A stretch of 64,000 bases of DNA. Source: Candidatus Poseidoniaceae archaeon (GTDB taxonomy: Archaea; Thermoplasmatota; Poseidoniia; Poseidoniales; Poseidoniaceae). Position 1 is the stretch's first letter; each line of letters opens with the position of its first letter. This document shows positions 1 to 10,343 of this stretch, piece by piece. Under the pieces are notes generated by a model. The model did no database searches and was not told the DNA's origin. It saw only the letters and a list, made by a program, of their open reading frames with translations. The DNA lies in contig CALSPS010000003.1 in the NCBI GenBank assembly GCA_943788295.1, forward strand, positions 117,287 through 181,286. Reading direction: 5' to 3'. The translations under genes were made by a program, and so were the position numbers.

Positions 1-95
1 ATTTGCTTCAGTGGATTGGCCACCAAAGACAACACCGGCTTCGACCGCTTCTGCGGGTCCAGCGCTCACCGTCTGGGTGCTTAACAACAGTGTAA

Positions 96-1307
96 TCAAG
101 AGGATGATGGCTCTTTTCCGAGGTTCCATAGACTCTCGAGACCGGCCCTTTGTATCAAGGTGTGGTCTGGATGCAGAGCCATTAGAAGTTCAAGGCAACT
201 CTTCTCCGTATCGAGGAAGGCTCCGTTGTAGTTCATCTCTCCTGCGCGCTCAGCCGCAACCAAGGCCTCGTAACGAGAGCGGATCCCGCTGCCGGTCAAC
301 CCGAACACAGCTCCTAGCCTGTCAGCCATGCCCGACTGTAGGCCCAATCGAACAAGGCTGGCATAGAAGGTGACACAAACAGCCATGCGAACTTCGGTGT
401 TTCCGGTGAGCGCTTCAGCGGTGCCCTCGTTCAACAGTGCAAGCCGAGCCTCGACATCTTGGTTCAGTTCAAGATGGTCTCCTTCTGCCAACACATCACC
501 GAGCATATCGTGAATGTGGTGGACGGCTTGATCAACACCATCTTCTCGGATTTCTCCAGGGGTCTTCTTTCGTGGAGCGGTTTCCCAGCCCATTCGGACG
601 CGTGCCTTGTAGTGGTTCAGAATCGTCTTGACGGCGCTGACCAGTTGCTTACTGGTGATGCCATGTTGCTCCATGCCACTTCGACGGTCCATCTTCGACA
701 GTTGGCCCATGCGACCAGCAACTTCGACAACGGCCATGGCAAGCAAGATAATGTTCAACTCAGAATTCTCGCCTCGGACGCCTTCACCCTTCCGGCAGAT
801 GCTCTGCTTCGGCATACCAAGGGCCTTCTTCAACGCCTTGTCCTTTCCTTCGAGGGCGCTTCGTTGCTCTTCGAGCTCACCCTTGAGGGGCTTGCAGGCC
901 ATCTTGATGTATGGCTCAACTGCGCGAGACGCGTAATCACCGTACATTTCCTTGACCTTCTTCCGCACAGCAACGGAAAGCGGGTGCTTGATTCTCGAGG
1001 TGCTTCGGTTCACCTTGCGCCGACGTATCCAGGTGCCACGTTGGTTCGCAGGGACGCCACTTAGGTCCATGTATGAGCCCTGAGTACCAACCTGGTCGTT
1101 CGAGTCACAGTTTGTTTGCACTCCATGGTGGGTGGCGGAATCTCCACCGTATGTCGTCTTACCAGCATCGCCATCAAAGAGGTCTTGGGATGCAGCGACG
1201 ATGCCGCATTCGCTGCAGATCAGCTCGCCCTTGTGCGCATCGATTTCCATTGTTCCAGCAAAGCACTCTTCGCAAGTCTCGTTTTCCTTCTTGTTCTTGT
1301 TATACAT
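96..1307 (-). CDS. Highly divergent TFIIB/TFB-family transcription initiation factor paralogue
   Basis: N-terminal TFB Zn ribbon CEEC...D..KGELICSECGIV; two degenerate cyclin-like repeats, the second ending GLTGSGIRSRYEAL (cf. TFB VTEVTIRNRYKEL); GGTGA SD upstream on minus strand. Confidence 0.75.
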   Translation of the reverse strand: MYNKNKKENETCEECFAGTMEIDAHKGELICSECGIVAASQDLFDGDAGKTTYGGDSATHHGVQTNCDSNDQVGTQGSYMDLSGVPANQRGTWIRRRKVNRSTSRIKHPLSVAVRKKVKEMYGDYASRAVEPYIKMACKPLKGELEEQRSALEGKDKALKKALGMPKQSICRKGEGVRGENSELNIILLAMAVVEVAGRMGQLSKMDRRSGMEQHGITSKQLVSAVKTILNHYKARVRMGWETAPRKKTPGEIREDGVDQAVHHIHDMLGDVLAEGDHLELNQDVEARLALLNEGTAEALTGNTEVRMAVCVTFYASLVRLGLQSGMADRLGAVFGLTGSGIRSRYEALVAAERAGEMNYNGAFLDTEKSCLELLMALHPDHTLIQRAGLESLWNLGKEPSSS

Positions 1308-1623
1308 TCATATCACCATTCCTTCTCGGTTGTATTGGGGCGGCAAAACCAGCATTTGGGAATTTCGGAAGCCCGAAAAACCGCCCATGCCCGCCTCATT
1401 CGCCCCTGCTACATGTTATAGTAGACGAGGTCCGATTTAACACTTTCGGTGACAAGAGCCAATATTGGCAAACAAGAACCGAACATGTTTGTTTTTACGA
1501 CCCACCGTTAATACACCATTCTACATTATTTAAACAAGAAAATTACAGGGTGAAGTGCGTTGATTGAAAACCACCGTGTTCCTCAAAAACCCTCGACCAT
1601 ATTGGAGAAGGAGAGGCCGAATT

Positions 1624-4600
1624 GTGAGCACTGACCAACCTGCAATTACCATCGAAGTGCAACCCATCAGTTCGCACTTTCCCGGTTGGCTGGAGGAGGC
1701 TTTCTTACAAAGAAAGGCAGATGGCTTGCTTGTCCTCTATCCAAATGAAACTTCAAGACGCCAAGCACTCGATCTTCTGTCAAATCAAGGTCTCTCAGTG
1801 GACACAACGCACCACCTCACGCTCGACCGCTTGGTGGACCTGCTTTACATGGACCTCAAACAACCAAGGAAGTTACAAGCCAATCCTGCTTTATTCAACG
1901 TAGTCCATGCGTTGACCAAGGAGTGCGCTGAAGAGGGAGGGCTGCCCCTTTTGTTTGCGCCATCAAAGCAAAAACGGACTTGGAAGCCCCACAATACAGA
2001 GCGCTTGGCTTCGCTCCATCGAACCCTCATGGATCTCGACAAGCCTTGGTCTTGGGATGATGACCCTGGCGCAAGAGAGTTTGACCAAATCCTTCATGAT
2101 ACTGGGCGTCGATTGGAAGGCACCCACCCCGTTCTTGTACAGCGCAAGTTGACAAAAGTTCTCACAGAGGCCAAATTGCCGTTCACACTGAACGATGTTG
2201 ATGGTATTGTCATGCTTGATGCTGCACCCGATTACACCGAGGCACAGGTCAGTTTCCTTCGGGCTCTCAGCCACCACCGTCCAATCCACCAACTCTGTAA
2301 CCCTGGTTCGTTCCGCCTTGGCCACCATGGCGCATACATAGACGACGTGCCTTACGTCACCGCTGAAACCCTCCCCTCTTGGGTGCCTGAACATGAGGTT
2401 CTCAAAGCAGAAAAGGCGATTGCGATCGATGGACATGCCTCTCCAAGGTATTACAGGGTGCAACTCCATCAACGAGCGCACGCATTTGAGGCGGCAATCG
2501 ACTTGGTTCGCCAGTACAAGGTGTCGAGCCAAGGAAGCGTTCTTGTCGTTGACGGTCACGCAGATTCAACCATCGATCAGTGGCGCATCCGTCTCAAAGA
2601 ACTCGGATTGAATTTGGGAAGAGGAACAGCCCCACTCGACACGGTTCCGGGCATCCACCATGTGCTTCGCCTCCTCCGATTAGGCGTTGGGCCTGACGCT
2701 TGGTCGATGACTCAACTGAGAGGGCTTACCTCACACACCAGTCTGCCAATCATCAACGGCGGTGTGCCTGATTTAGAACATCCAACTCGGCCAGATTGGA
2801 AGCCAAAACCCCACGTTGAGGTTCTTGAGAATATGTCTCGAAGCTTCCACGTCCGAGGCGGCCCAGGTGCGCTCACTCGATGGGCTCGCACGCTACGAAA
2901 CGCTCAACCATCGCTCGGCAGAGATTCAGAGAAAGCCCGCCAATCACTTGAGGAAACTCAGTGGTGGCTCGCCTGCGTCGCACGGCTATGGGCCCCATTC
3001 ATCGAGGGGGATGATGTTGAAGCATACACCAGCCGGGTTATCGGCTGCAGCAGCGGCGAGGCTTTACCGACTCCAAAAGCGTTAGAACACGGTGAAGCAC
3101 TCCTCAACCATCTTTTCTCAACCTTGGATTGGGGCGAATTGACCCAACGAACAGGAGCCCATGATCGAACGCTTCCTGCGTTGCAATTGTTGATTGCAGC
3201 CCATCAGAATGGATTCAACCAAATGAAGGAAGCAAAGATCGAACCACCAAAAAATGGCATGGCCTTCATTGAGCACATGGAACAACTCGTTGCAGGAACA
3301 AAAATGCCAAGCGAGCGAGTCTCAAGCCAAAATGTGCGTGTCTTGACCCCCGAAGAGGCACACGGCTCTACAGCCGACCTTGTTCTCCTAGTTGGAATGG
3401 ACGTTGATGCTTGGTCGATGAAGTTACCAAAAGTCCCGTGGCTTGATGCACCAACGAAGTTGAAATTAGGCATGCTCCATACAGATCTTGCAGTCCGCAA
3501 AGGCCGTCATCATCTGCGCCACCTGTTGCACGCAGGTCCGACCGTTGTTGTGTTTGACAGCACCTTAGAAGATGGAGGTGGGCCAGCAGCCCCTCTCGCA
3601 GAATGGTTGAGCGATGCACAGCGAAATGGGCAATACACTGAATTCCAAGGCGCCCCTGATTTCTTACCTCCACACGCCATTGAGGGTGACGATGCATCAC
3701 GCTGCTGGCAATTTGATCCAACATCGCCTGAGCATCGATGGCTGTCACCTCGTCCGTTTACGATGGAACTCAGCAAAGGCTCAGTTCGAGGCATCCGTTC
3801 GGGTCAACGCGGAAGGGATGAGCGCCAGAGAACGGGCCTAGGTTTGCGAGAACGCACGGGAACAGAAGGGAAATTCAATTCCATTTATGGCATTGCTATG
3901 GCCCATGAAGGCTCAATTATGGAAGATCGTAAGCAACGGCAACCGACGTTTGCTGGTTTGAAGGACATGGAGTACATGCCATGGACTGTCCGCAACGCGC
4001 TTGTCACGACAGATCTATTGGCGCTTGAACCTTCATTTGGTCAAGCCAAAATAGGTCACAGTAAGCAACCAATTTGGCCTCATCTTGGGATGAAAAAAGG
4101 CGCCAAAAGCCGAGGGATTGCCATCGACCCACGACCTCTTCCTGCTCCGGAGTTGCCGGCCGGAGCTCTGTTGGATGTTCTCGGCGTTCATGGGCCTGGT
4201 GTGAAGCGAAAAGTATGGTCGGCTAGCCGAATTCAACCATGGCTCACTTGCCCACGCCAAGCTTGGGCGACAAGCCATCTTCAAGCCGAAGATCTCGAAC
4301 AGGAAAGCGAAGACCTTGACCACCGTATCCGCGGACAGATCCTTCACGATTCTGAAGCAGCGCTGATGGCAGCGCACGAGGTTCCAATCGGTGGAAAAAG
4401 CCTCACAACAGCTCTTCCGCTGCATTCAGGAAAGGTACCGACGCTCGAAGCAGGTTGGGCGTCCATATTGATTCACTTAGAGGCATCAGTGCCTTGGTTA
4501 ACACGCAACGACGCAATTGCGGCTCACCGTTGCCGGGACCTCATTGGCATCAACCCGGCAACATGGCGGGGGCACCTCGATGGCGAATTAACAGTTGAAG

Positions 4601-5358
4601 TCGGTGGACGAATCGGTCGTTTGTTGGAGGCAGATTACGCCTTGGCGGATGTTGCCCCCCTTGCGTGTGAATGGGTGCTCAAAATGTCCGATGGGGCCGC
4701 AGTTGAACTTGATGCCCTCAATGATTCGGGAAAACCTGCCCCGTTTAGCATTCGCGGTAACGCAGACCGTGTCGATGAAATTTGCCTTTCCCCAGAGATG
4801 CGAACCGCAGCGGTTGACAAAGGCCTGCTGTCAGCAACCCCCCACACAACGCCTCTTGATGTACGCCATCCAAATCAGTCGGGAGGCGCCCGACGGTTTG
4901 TGGTGATTCGAGATCTAAAAACGGTCAACGGACCCAAGGTCAAGGAAAGTGGAAAACGCCACCTTAAGGCGCTGTTCAATGAAGTGCAGCTTGGGTTGTA
5001 TGCCCGCGCATGGGAACTGGCTCATCCAGGGGACCGGGTGGTCGGCGTTGGTGTTGGAGAGGTTGGAGAATCCACCACGCACTATGTCGAATTAGATCCG
5101 GAAATCGAACCGTACCTTGCGGGGTTGCACCTTGGTGAGCGGACATCATTGGTGGCGAATCAATTCCGGTTTCCAGACGATTTAGAATACCAAAGCAACG
5201 GGTTTAGGGCATGGATGAATGAACGAATGCAGACCGCTCGACGAGCCATCGATACCGCTGAAGCGGGCCACATTCATCCGGTTCCAAGTTCCTCATGCTC
5301 CTTCTGCAAGGTTCGTTCAATCTGCCCTTCAGCCCTTCTTGGAGGTGAAGCACGTTGA
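1624..5358 (+). CDS. addB: AddB/AdnA-like subunit: inactive helicase scaffold + C-terminal PD-(D/E)XK (RecB-family) nuclease with 4-Cys Fe-S staple
   Basis: WSASRIQPWLTCPRQ, RGQILH, RGNADRVD, RDLKT, QLGLY, CSFCKVRSIC; no Walker A; GTG at 1624 after GGAGAGG preferred over TTG 1564. Confidence 0.8.
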   Translation: MSTDQPAITIEVQPISSHFPGWLEEAFLQRKADGLLVLYPNETSRRQALDLLSNQGLSVDTTHHLTLDRLVDLLYMDLKQPRKLQANPALFNVVHALTKECAEEGGLPLLFAPSKQKRTWKPHNTERLASLHRTLMDLDKPWSWDDDPGAREFDQILHDTGRRLEGTHPVLVQRKLTKVLTEAKLPFTLNDVDGIVMLDAAPDYTEAQVSFLRALSHHRPIHQLCNPGSFRLGHHGAYIDDVPYVTAETLPSWVPEHEVLKAEKAIAIDGHASPRYYRVQLHQRAHAFEAAIDLVRQYKVSSQGSVLVVDGHADSTIDQWRIRLKELGLNLGRGTAPLDTVPGIHHVLRLLRLGVGPDAWSMTQLRGLTSHTSLPIINGGVPDLEHPTRPDWKPKPHVEVLENMSRSFHVRGGPGALTRWARTLRNAQPSLGRDSEKARQSLEETQWWLACVARLWAPFIEGDDVEAYTSRVIGCSSGEALPTPKALEHGEALLNHLFSTLDWGELTQRTGAHDRTLPALQLLIAAHQNGFNQMKEAKIEPPKNGMAFIEHMEQLVAGTKMPSERVSSQNVRVLTPEEAHGSTADLVLLVGMDVDAWSMKLPKVPWLDAPTKLKLGMLHTDLAVRKGRHHLRHLLHAGPTVVVFDSTLEDGGGPAAPLAEWLSDAQRNGQYTEFQGAPDFLPPHAIEGDDASRCWQFDPTSPEHRWLSPRPFTMELSKGSVRGIRSGQRGRDERQRTGLGLRERTGTEGKFNSIYGIAMAHEGSIMEDRKQRQPTFAGLKDMEYMPWTVRNALVTTDLLALEPSFGQAKIGHSKQPIWPHLGMKKGAKSRGIAIDPRPLPAPELPAGALLDVLGVHGPGVKRKVWSASRIQPWLTCPRQAWATSHLQAEDLEQESEDLDHRIRGQILHDSEAALMAAHEVPIGGKSLTTALPLHSGKVPTLEAGWASILIHLEASVPWLTRNDAIAAHRCRDLIGINPATWRGHLDGELTVEVGGRIGRLLEADYALADVAPLACEWVLKMSDGAAVELDALNDSGKPAPFSIRGNADRVDEICLSPEMRTAAVDKGLLSATPHTTPLDVRHPNQSGGARRFVVIRDLKTVNGPKVKESGKRHLKALFNEVQLGLYARAWELAHPGDRVVGVGVGEVGESTTHYVELDPEIEPYLAGLHLGERTSLVANQFRFPDDLEYQSNGFRAWMNERMQTARRAIDTAEAGHIHPVPSSSCSFCKVRSICPSALLGGEAR

Positions 5359-8300
5359 GCAACAAACGCATTCCATTCAATCAGAGCCAACGGCTTGGGC
5401 TCGATATCGATCGCCACATTGCGCTTGATGCCGGTGCAGGGACAGGAAAAACCACTGTGATGGCTGAACGGTATGTGCAGCATTTGCTTTCACCAGTGCA
5501 ACGCTCTACCCTCGTTCTCCCTCACGGTCCAAGAGAACCACTGAGCGGCCATGGTTCCCTCAGAGCTCCCGCCAGAGAGCGAACAGACCGAAAAGAATGG
5601 AAGGGGCTGCTTCCAAGTGAAGTGGTTGCTATCACCTTTACCAAAAAAGCAGCATCAGAACTCAAAGCTCGCATCCGGGCCCGAGTTGCTCAAACGCGAA
5701 GATCCCCCGTCGCCCCGGATGACGATGTTGGAATTTTTGATCCACGCGTCGGTTCAGACGCCGACATCGAAATGCTCCTCTCTTCACTCGATGAGGCTCC
5801 AATTTCAACCATCGATGCGTTCCTTTCTCAACTTCTGAGCCCACACCTCGACTTGGTGGCTGTCCACCCGAGCAGGGAACAAATCGCTACAGAGCGGGCT
5901 CCTCTTTTGATTGAAGAAGCCCTCCATTCGGCTTGGCGTGTTCGAACCGTTGGTGATGCGCAAGAAGCTGGTGTGCTTGGTTACGTGAATTCATTTATCG
6001 AATCAAGAGACAGACTTTCCATCGCTCTTGGAGGCCAAGCGCAAGCCTCCATTGTGCTGTCTGGTATGCTGAACAAATCCCTCTTCGTAGAGGAATCAAG
6101 GAGGGCCATAGAGGCCCATTCTCAGCGGTTAGGGCAGCCTCTTCGTCACGACGCAACACTTCCAGAGCAGTTATTTTTGGAGATGTTCACTCAACCGGTT
6201 GTCGATCAAATTGATGTTTTTGCGGTGGACCTGCATAGGGCGCTCAACGAGTATGTTGACCTCTACCTTGCTCATTCAACCTCCTATGTGGTCCCGGCTG
6301 AGGCCGATGCAAAAACAGATCAAACACGATTCAATCATCTGGTTCACTTGGCGCGTCATGCGTTTGTTGAAGACCCAATTGTTCGGACCCAATGGGTTTG
6401 GAGCGTGGCCATTGCTGCAGCAGGAGCGATTAAGACCGATGGCAGCGAAACAACCTACTTCCCAAATGGCGCCCTTCCTCCCGCACGTAAGTCTGGATGG
6501 CACGCAGGGTTAGCGACGAAATCCAAAGCAAAGGGGTCCAAAGCCGAGAAAGAACAAATCTCGATTTCAGCGAAGTCCATAGGGTCCAAGATGTCGGATT
6601 TGCTCAACGGTGAAACTGGCCGATTGATTGGATTAATGGGGCGTTGTTCCACCCTCTTCTCGCCTCTAATCACAAACCAGTTCATTCCTGAAGGGTCAAC
6701 ACATGACCTGCATGCCTTGGATGTGGATCTCCCAGAATCCATACCTGAGCATGATGGCATGAGGGTTGGCTCAGCTTTGCAATCAAGGATCTTGCTTGAT
6801 TTGTTGAGGGTGCACGAGGCTTGCAAAGAAATCCTTACTCAATTGAAAGCCCAAGAAGGGGTTCATGATTTCGCAGACATTCAAAATATGGCCGCAGATT
6901 TACTGCTCGCCCGTTGCCCGGACATGGTTCGTTATGATTATCCCCCGGCGGTGGTTGATGCACTCGACGATCTGGGTGATGAGCCGTGGGCGGATCATCA
7001 CATTTCCCGCGCTCTCAACCTCGCATCAGAGGATGAAGCCTGTCTTGCAGACCTTCAACGTCGACTTCACACATTGCAGGTGCTTCGCCGGCAGTTTAGG
7101 GCTTTCATTATTGACGAATACCAAGACACGAACCCTGCGCACTTCCGCCTTCTTGCTCGCTTGTGGGGTCACCGTGCATTGCAACACGATGAACCAGCAC
7201 GGCCACTTGGGCCCTGGGACCCTACGGTTTGTATCGTCGGCGATATGAAGCAAAGCATCTACAGATTCCGTCAAGCCGAAGTTTCAGTCATGCTTCGAGC
7301 TGTCGCCGCAGTCATGATGGCAAACGAGTTGGAACTTAGCGAATCAAGATGGCCCGAAGGTCTTCGACTGGAAGGGTACGGGCGAGATCCTAGGCCAATT
7401 GGGGCCGGAGGTGAAACTGCAGCGTTCATTGTAGCGAACAGCCTTGACGAGAATAAGGCCGTGTCTCAAGCATGGGAGCACGTCAGCCTGGGCGAAGATA
7501 TGGACGGTTACGCCCCAGAATTCTCAGGAAACGACCGGCAACGCCGCCGGGGATTGGGGGTCATCGACATGACGAGCAATTACCGTACAAAACCCGGTTT
7601 GGTTCACACCATGAATGGCATCTTCAGGGATGTCTTTGATTCTCGGCATCATTTGCTGCCCGGGGAATGGCATGCAACTGCACAGGATTTGGTCCCTGGT
7701 CGCCCTTCAGGCGAACAAAACGGTGTGCTTGAATGGCTTATGCCACTTGTGGAAGAAGAGGTGGAGCAACCTACGGATCTCACCGAACCGGTGAATGTGT
7801 TTGCAGATTCAACATCCAATCCGGTTCACCTTGAACATGAATTAATCGCAGCACGTTTGTCCGCTCTCCTTCAAGGCCAAGACACACGCGTTTGGAGTGC
7901 TAGCGCCTCATCGTTTGTACCTCTTGAAACTCAAGAAGAACCAATTTCCGCATCAGACGTGATGATTCTTGTCCACTCTCGGACGCATGTTCCTGACCTG
8001 ATGAGGCGACTTCAGTCCAGAGGGATCCCCGTCGTGGCAGACAGGCAGGGGGCTTTGTTGGGAAGACCAATTGTTCAGCCTTTGATGGCGGCCCTCAACT
8101 TGATTGCCAACCCAGCCTCAAGAGCTGCAGTTCTTGGCCTTGCACGGTCGCCAGTGCTCGGGTTTACCGACGCACAAATTCAGACGATGATGGGCGAGTC
8201 CTGTGAAGGAGACTGGTGGGGCCACCTCCAGCAGCATTCGCAAAACCAGCACGTGGCTGCACTGCTCCACCACCTCAGGAGTTTGGTTCATGAGGGCGCA

Positions 8301-10343
8301 CTGTACGAAGTGCTCGATGCGATTCTTGATCATTCAGACCTGCTCGTCGCGTTCCCAGATGACACCGACCGTCAAAATGCAGAGGCATGGTACACATTGG
8401 TCGTGTCAATTGGCAACGAACTGGGCCATGAAGCAGCAGCAATTCACACGAGGCTATGCGAATTGCAAAGGCTTGGTCAAAAGGGCCCACAAGCCACCAC
8501 CGTCCCACCTGGCGGTGCCGTTCAAATCATGACCGTTCACAACGCTAAGGGGCTTGAAGCCGATGTTGTGTTTGTTGCTGGTATGTTCAAAGCGGGCGCA
8601 TCAGATGCTAAATTAAACACCAAAGAGAATGTCCTTGTCACCCCACAGATCATCGCGGGTCGAATCAATCCTTGGCGTTCAGTGAACCGGCCACACGATG
8701 GTTTGTGGGAGTTTACGTTGGCTTTGGATAAAGCACAGACACAGGCCGAACGTCGCCGCTCATTCTATGTCGCACTCACCCGCGCTCGCGATCGTTTGAT
8801 CCTTGTTGGTGCGTATTCAAACAAGACCTTGCCAAGTGCAGACGGCAAATTGGAGATCAAAACCAAAGCCTCGAAGAGCACGATGGGTGGAATGTGGCTG
8901 GAAGGATTGCGCAGTTTAGCGCACCAAGGTGAAGTTACAGACTCCCCCTGGCTTGTCAACACCGACCTTGACCGTGCCGACCTTCGTCCGTACGGAGAGC
9001 GAACTCTTTCGCTCGACCCCTATGCATTGTACGAGCATGCACAATTGGGAGAAGAAGCGGTGGACTCCATCCGAATCTACACCCATCCAGATTGCTTCGA
9101 ATCGAGCATGGTCCGGACCCCTCTCAATGTTTGGCAAAGCATTGAGGAGAGGCTAGAAGCAGGACTTGATGCGAGTTCAACTGAAGAATCATCTTTGACC
9201 GTTTCAGAATCCGTTCGGATGACTGCTCACGGTTTGGACACCAGCCACAACTGCCGACGAAGGCACTGGTTAGCGGAGGTGAAAGGATGGGTCCCTGAAC
9301 GCTTCAATCTCCTCACCAACCACACAACGAATTTGGGTTCAACCTCGCTCTTCCCGGTGGCGACTGTGTTTGGAACAATGATGCATCGCTTGGTTGAATT
9401 GGGGTTGGCAAATCCATCTGCTTCAGCCTTGCCACATTCAACACCCCTGCCCGCAGCATGGCAGTATGGGGGAGAAGATCACCTCGATGACACGGCCACT
9501 ATTGATGTCGTTCTCAACGAGGAAGGTTATTCCCGAAACACAGATGGCGAGAACAAGGACATCGCTGAGCGAACGGCTGAACGATTAGCGCATTTGGGAC
9601 GGCTTGTTCGTGACGGTTTGCTTGGTCGTTGGTCCAAAGGCGAGCAACATGGTGGCCTTACGGTCGAAGGTTTGCGAACAGAGTTGCCGTTCTATCACCG
9701 TCATGGAGTCCCGGTCGATGGCCTGCGCCGTTCCAAATTCGATGTGAACGGGCCTGTGGAAACTTCAGTGTTCGATGCATTGGATTTGGTCTTTGATGGA
9801 AGGGCGGATCTGGTGCTTGCTTTACGCGATGAAAAGCAGCGAGGCTACCTCCAAATTGTCGATCTCAAAACCAGCGGCTGCCGGGACGGTTTCAATGCGG
9901 AGGATGCAACAAACGGCTCGCCGCTTCAACAATACAGCGGAGATATCCTCAATCCAGAACCATCAACTGAGGCTGAGAAAGCATTGCTGCACGAGCATAG
10001 GCTCCAACTGACTTTGTATTCGGTTGCTCTAGAAGCCATTGAGTCACAAAAGCCGCTTGAAGAACGCCGAGGGATCCTCCCTCCCGCTTTGCTTGTTGGG
10101 GCATCCGGGCGTTTGATTCAACTGTCTGATGAAGAATTTTCCCAAGCCCGCACAGATTTGAACAAACAATTGCAGTGGATTGGTCATCTTGCTGCTGTGC
10201 CTGATGGCCTCGAAGAACCACCTCGCCTCGAGGCACATGACGCCCACCACTGTCAAACATGCCCGTTCTTCACGGGTAAAGTCCGCCTGTGTGGGCCACA
10301 GGGCAGTGAGCTTGGTTTCATCGAAGAACCTGTGCAAGACTAG
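5355..10343 (+). CDS. addA: AddA/AdnB-like UvrD SF1A helicase + C-terminal PD-(D/E)XK nuclease
   Basis: AGAGTGKT, AITFTKKAASELKARI, STIDAF, IIDEYQDTN, VGDMKQSIYRFR, NYRT, TVHNAKGLE, YVALTRARD; nuclease GTMMH, GRADLV, VDLKT, QLTLY; GGAGGTGA SD at 5341-5348, 4-nt overlap with upstream gene. Confidence 0.9.
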   Translation: MSNKRIPFNQSQRLGLDIDRHIALDAGAGTGKTTVMAERYVQHLLSPVQRSTLVLPHGPREPLSGHGSLRAPARERTDRKEWKGLLPSEVVAITFTKKAASELKARIRARVAQTRRSPVAPDDDVGIFDPRVGSDADIEMLLSSLDEAPISTIDAFLSQLLSPHLDLVAVHPSREQIATERAPLLIEEALHSAWRVRTVGDAQEAGVLGYVNSFIESRDRLSIALGGQAQASIVLSGMLNKSLFVEESRRAIEAHSQRLGQPLRHDATLPEQLFLEMFTQPVVDQIDVFAVDLHRALNEYVDLYLAHSTSYVVPAEADAKTDQTRFNHLVHLARHAFVEDPIVRTQWVWSVAIAAAGAIKTDGSETTYFPNGALPPARKSGWHAGLATKSKAKGSKAEKEQISISAKSIGSKMSDLLNGETGRLIGLMGRCSTLFSPLITNQFIPEGSTHDLHALDVDLPESIPEHDGMRVGSALQSRILLDLLRVHEACKEILTQLKAQEGVHDFADIQNMAADLLLARCPDMVRYDYPPAVVDALDDLGDEPWADHHISRALNLASEDEACLADLQRRLHTLQVLRRQFRAFIIDEYQDTNPAHFRLLARLWGHRALQHDEPARPLGPWDPTVCIVGDMKQSIYRFRQAEVSVMLRAVAAVMMANELELSESRWPEGLRLEGYGRDPRPIGAGGETAAFIVANSLDENKAVSQAWEHVSLGEDMDGYAPEFSGNDRQRRRGLGVIDMTSNYRTKPGLVHTMNGIFRDVFDSRHHLLPGEWHATAQDLVPGRPSGEQNGVLEWLMPLVEEEVEQPTDLTEPVNVFADSTSNPVHLEHELIAARLSALLQGQDTRVWSASASSFVPLETQEEPISASDVMILVHSRTHVPDLMRRLQSRGIPVVADRQGALLGRPIVQPLMAALNLIANPASRAAVLGLARSPVLGFTDAQIQTMMGESCEGDWWGHLQQHSQNQHVAALLHHLRSLVHEGALYEVLDAILDHSDLLVAFPDDTDRQNAEAWYTLVVSIGNELGHEAAAIHTRLCELQRLGQKGPQATTVPPGGAVQIMTVHNAKGLEADVVFVAGMFKAGASDAKLNTKENVLVTPQIIAGRINPWRSVNRPHDGLWEFTLALDKAQTQAERRRSFYVALTRARDRLILVGAYSNKTLPSADGKLEIKTKASKSTMGGMWLEGLRSLAHQGEVTDSPWLVNTDLDRADLRPYGERTLSLDPYALYEHAQLGEEAVDSIRIYTHPDCFESSMVRTPLNVWQSIEERLEAGLDASSTEESSLTVSESVRMTAHGLDTSHNCRRRHWLAEVKGWVPERFNLLTNHTTNLGSTSLFPVATVFGTMMHRLVELGLANPSASALPHSTPLPAAWQYGGEDHLDDTATIDVVLNEEGYSRNTDGENKDIAERTAERLAHLGRLVRDGLLGRWSKGEQHGGLTVEGLRTELPFYHRHGVPVDGLRRSKFDVNGPVETSVFDALDLVFDGRADLVLALRDEKQRGYLQIVDLKTSGCRDGFNAEDATNGSPLQQYSGDILNPEPSTEAEKALLHEHRLQLTLYSVALEAIESQKPLEERRGILPPALLVGASGRLIQLSDEEFSQARTDLNKQLQWIGHLAAVPDGLEEPPRLEAHDAHHCQTCPFFTGKVRLCGPQGSELGFIEEPVQD

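Noticed and set aside
4200-5358. Cas4 call for the Fe-S PD-(D/E)XK domain
   Set aside because: It is the C-terminus of a large subunit coupled to a UvrD helicase (AddAB layout); no cas genes or array
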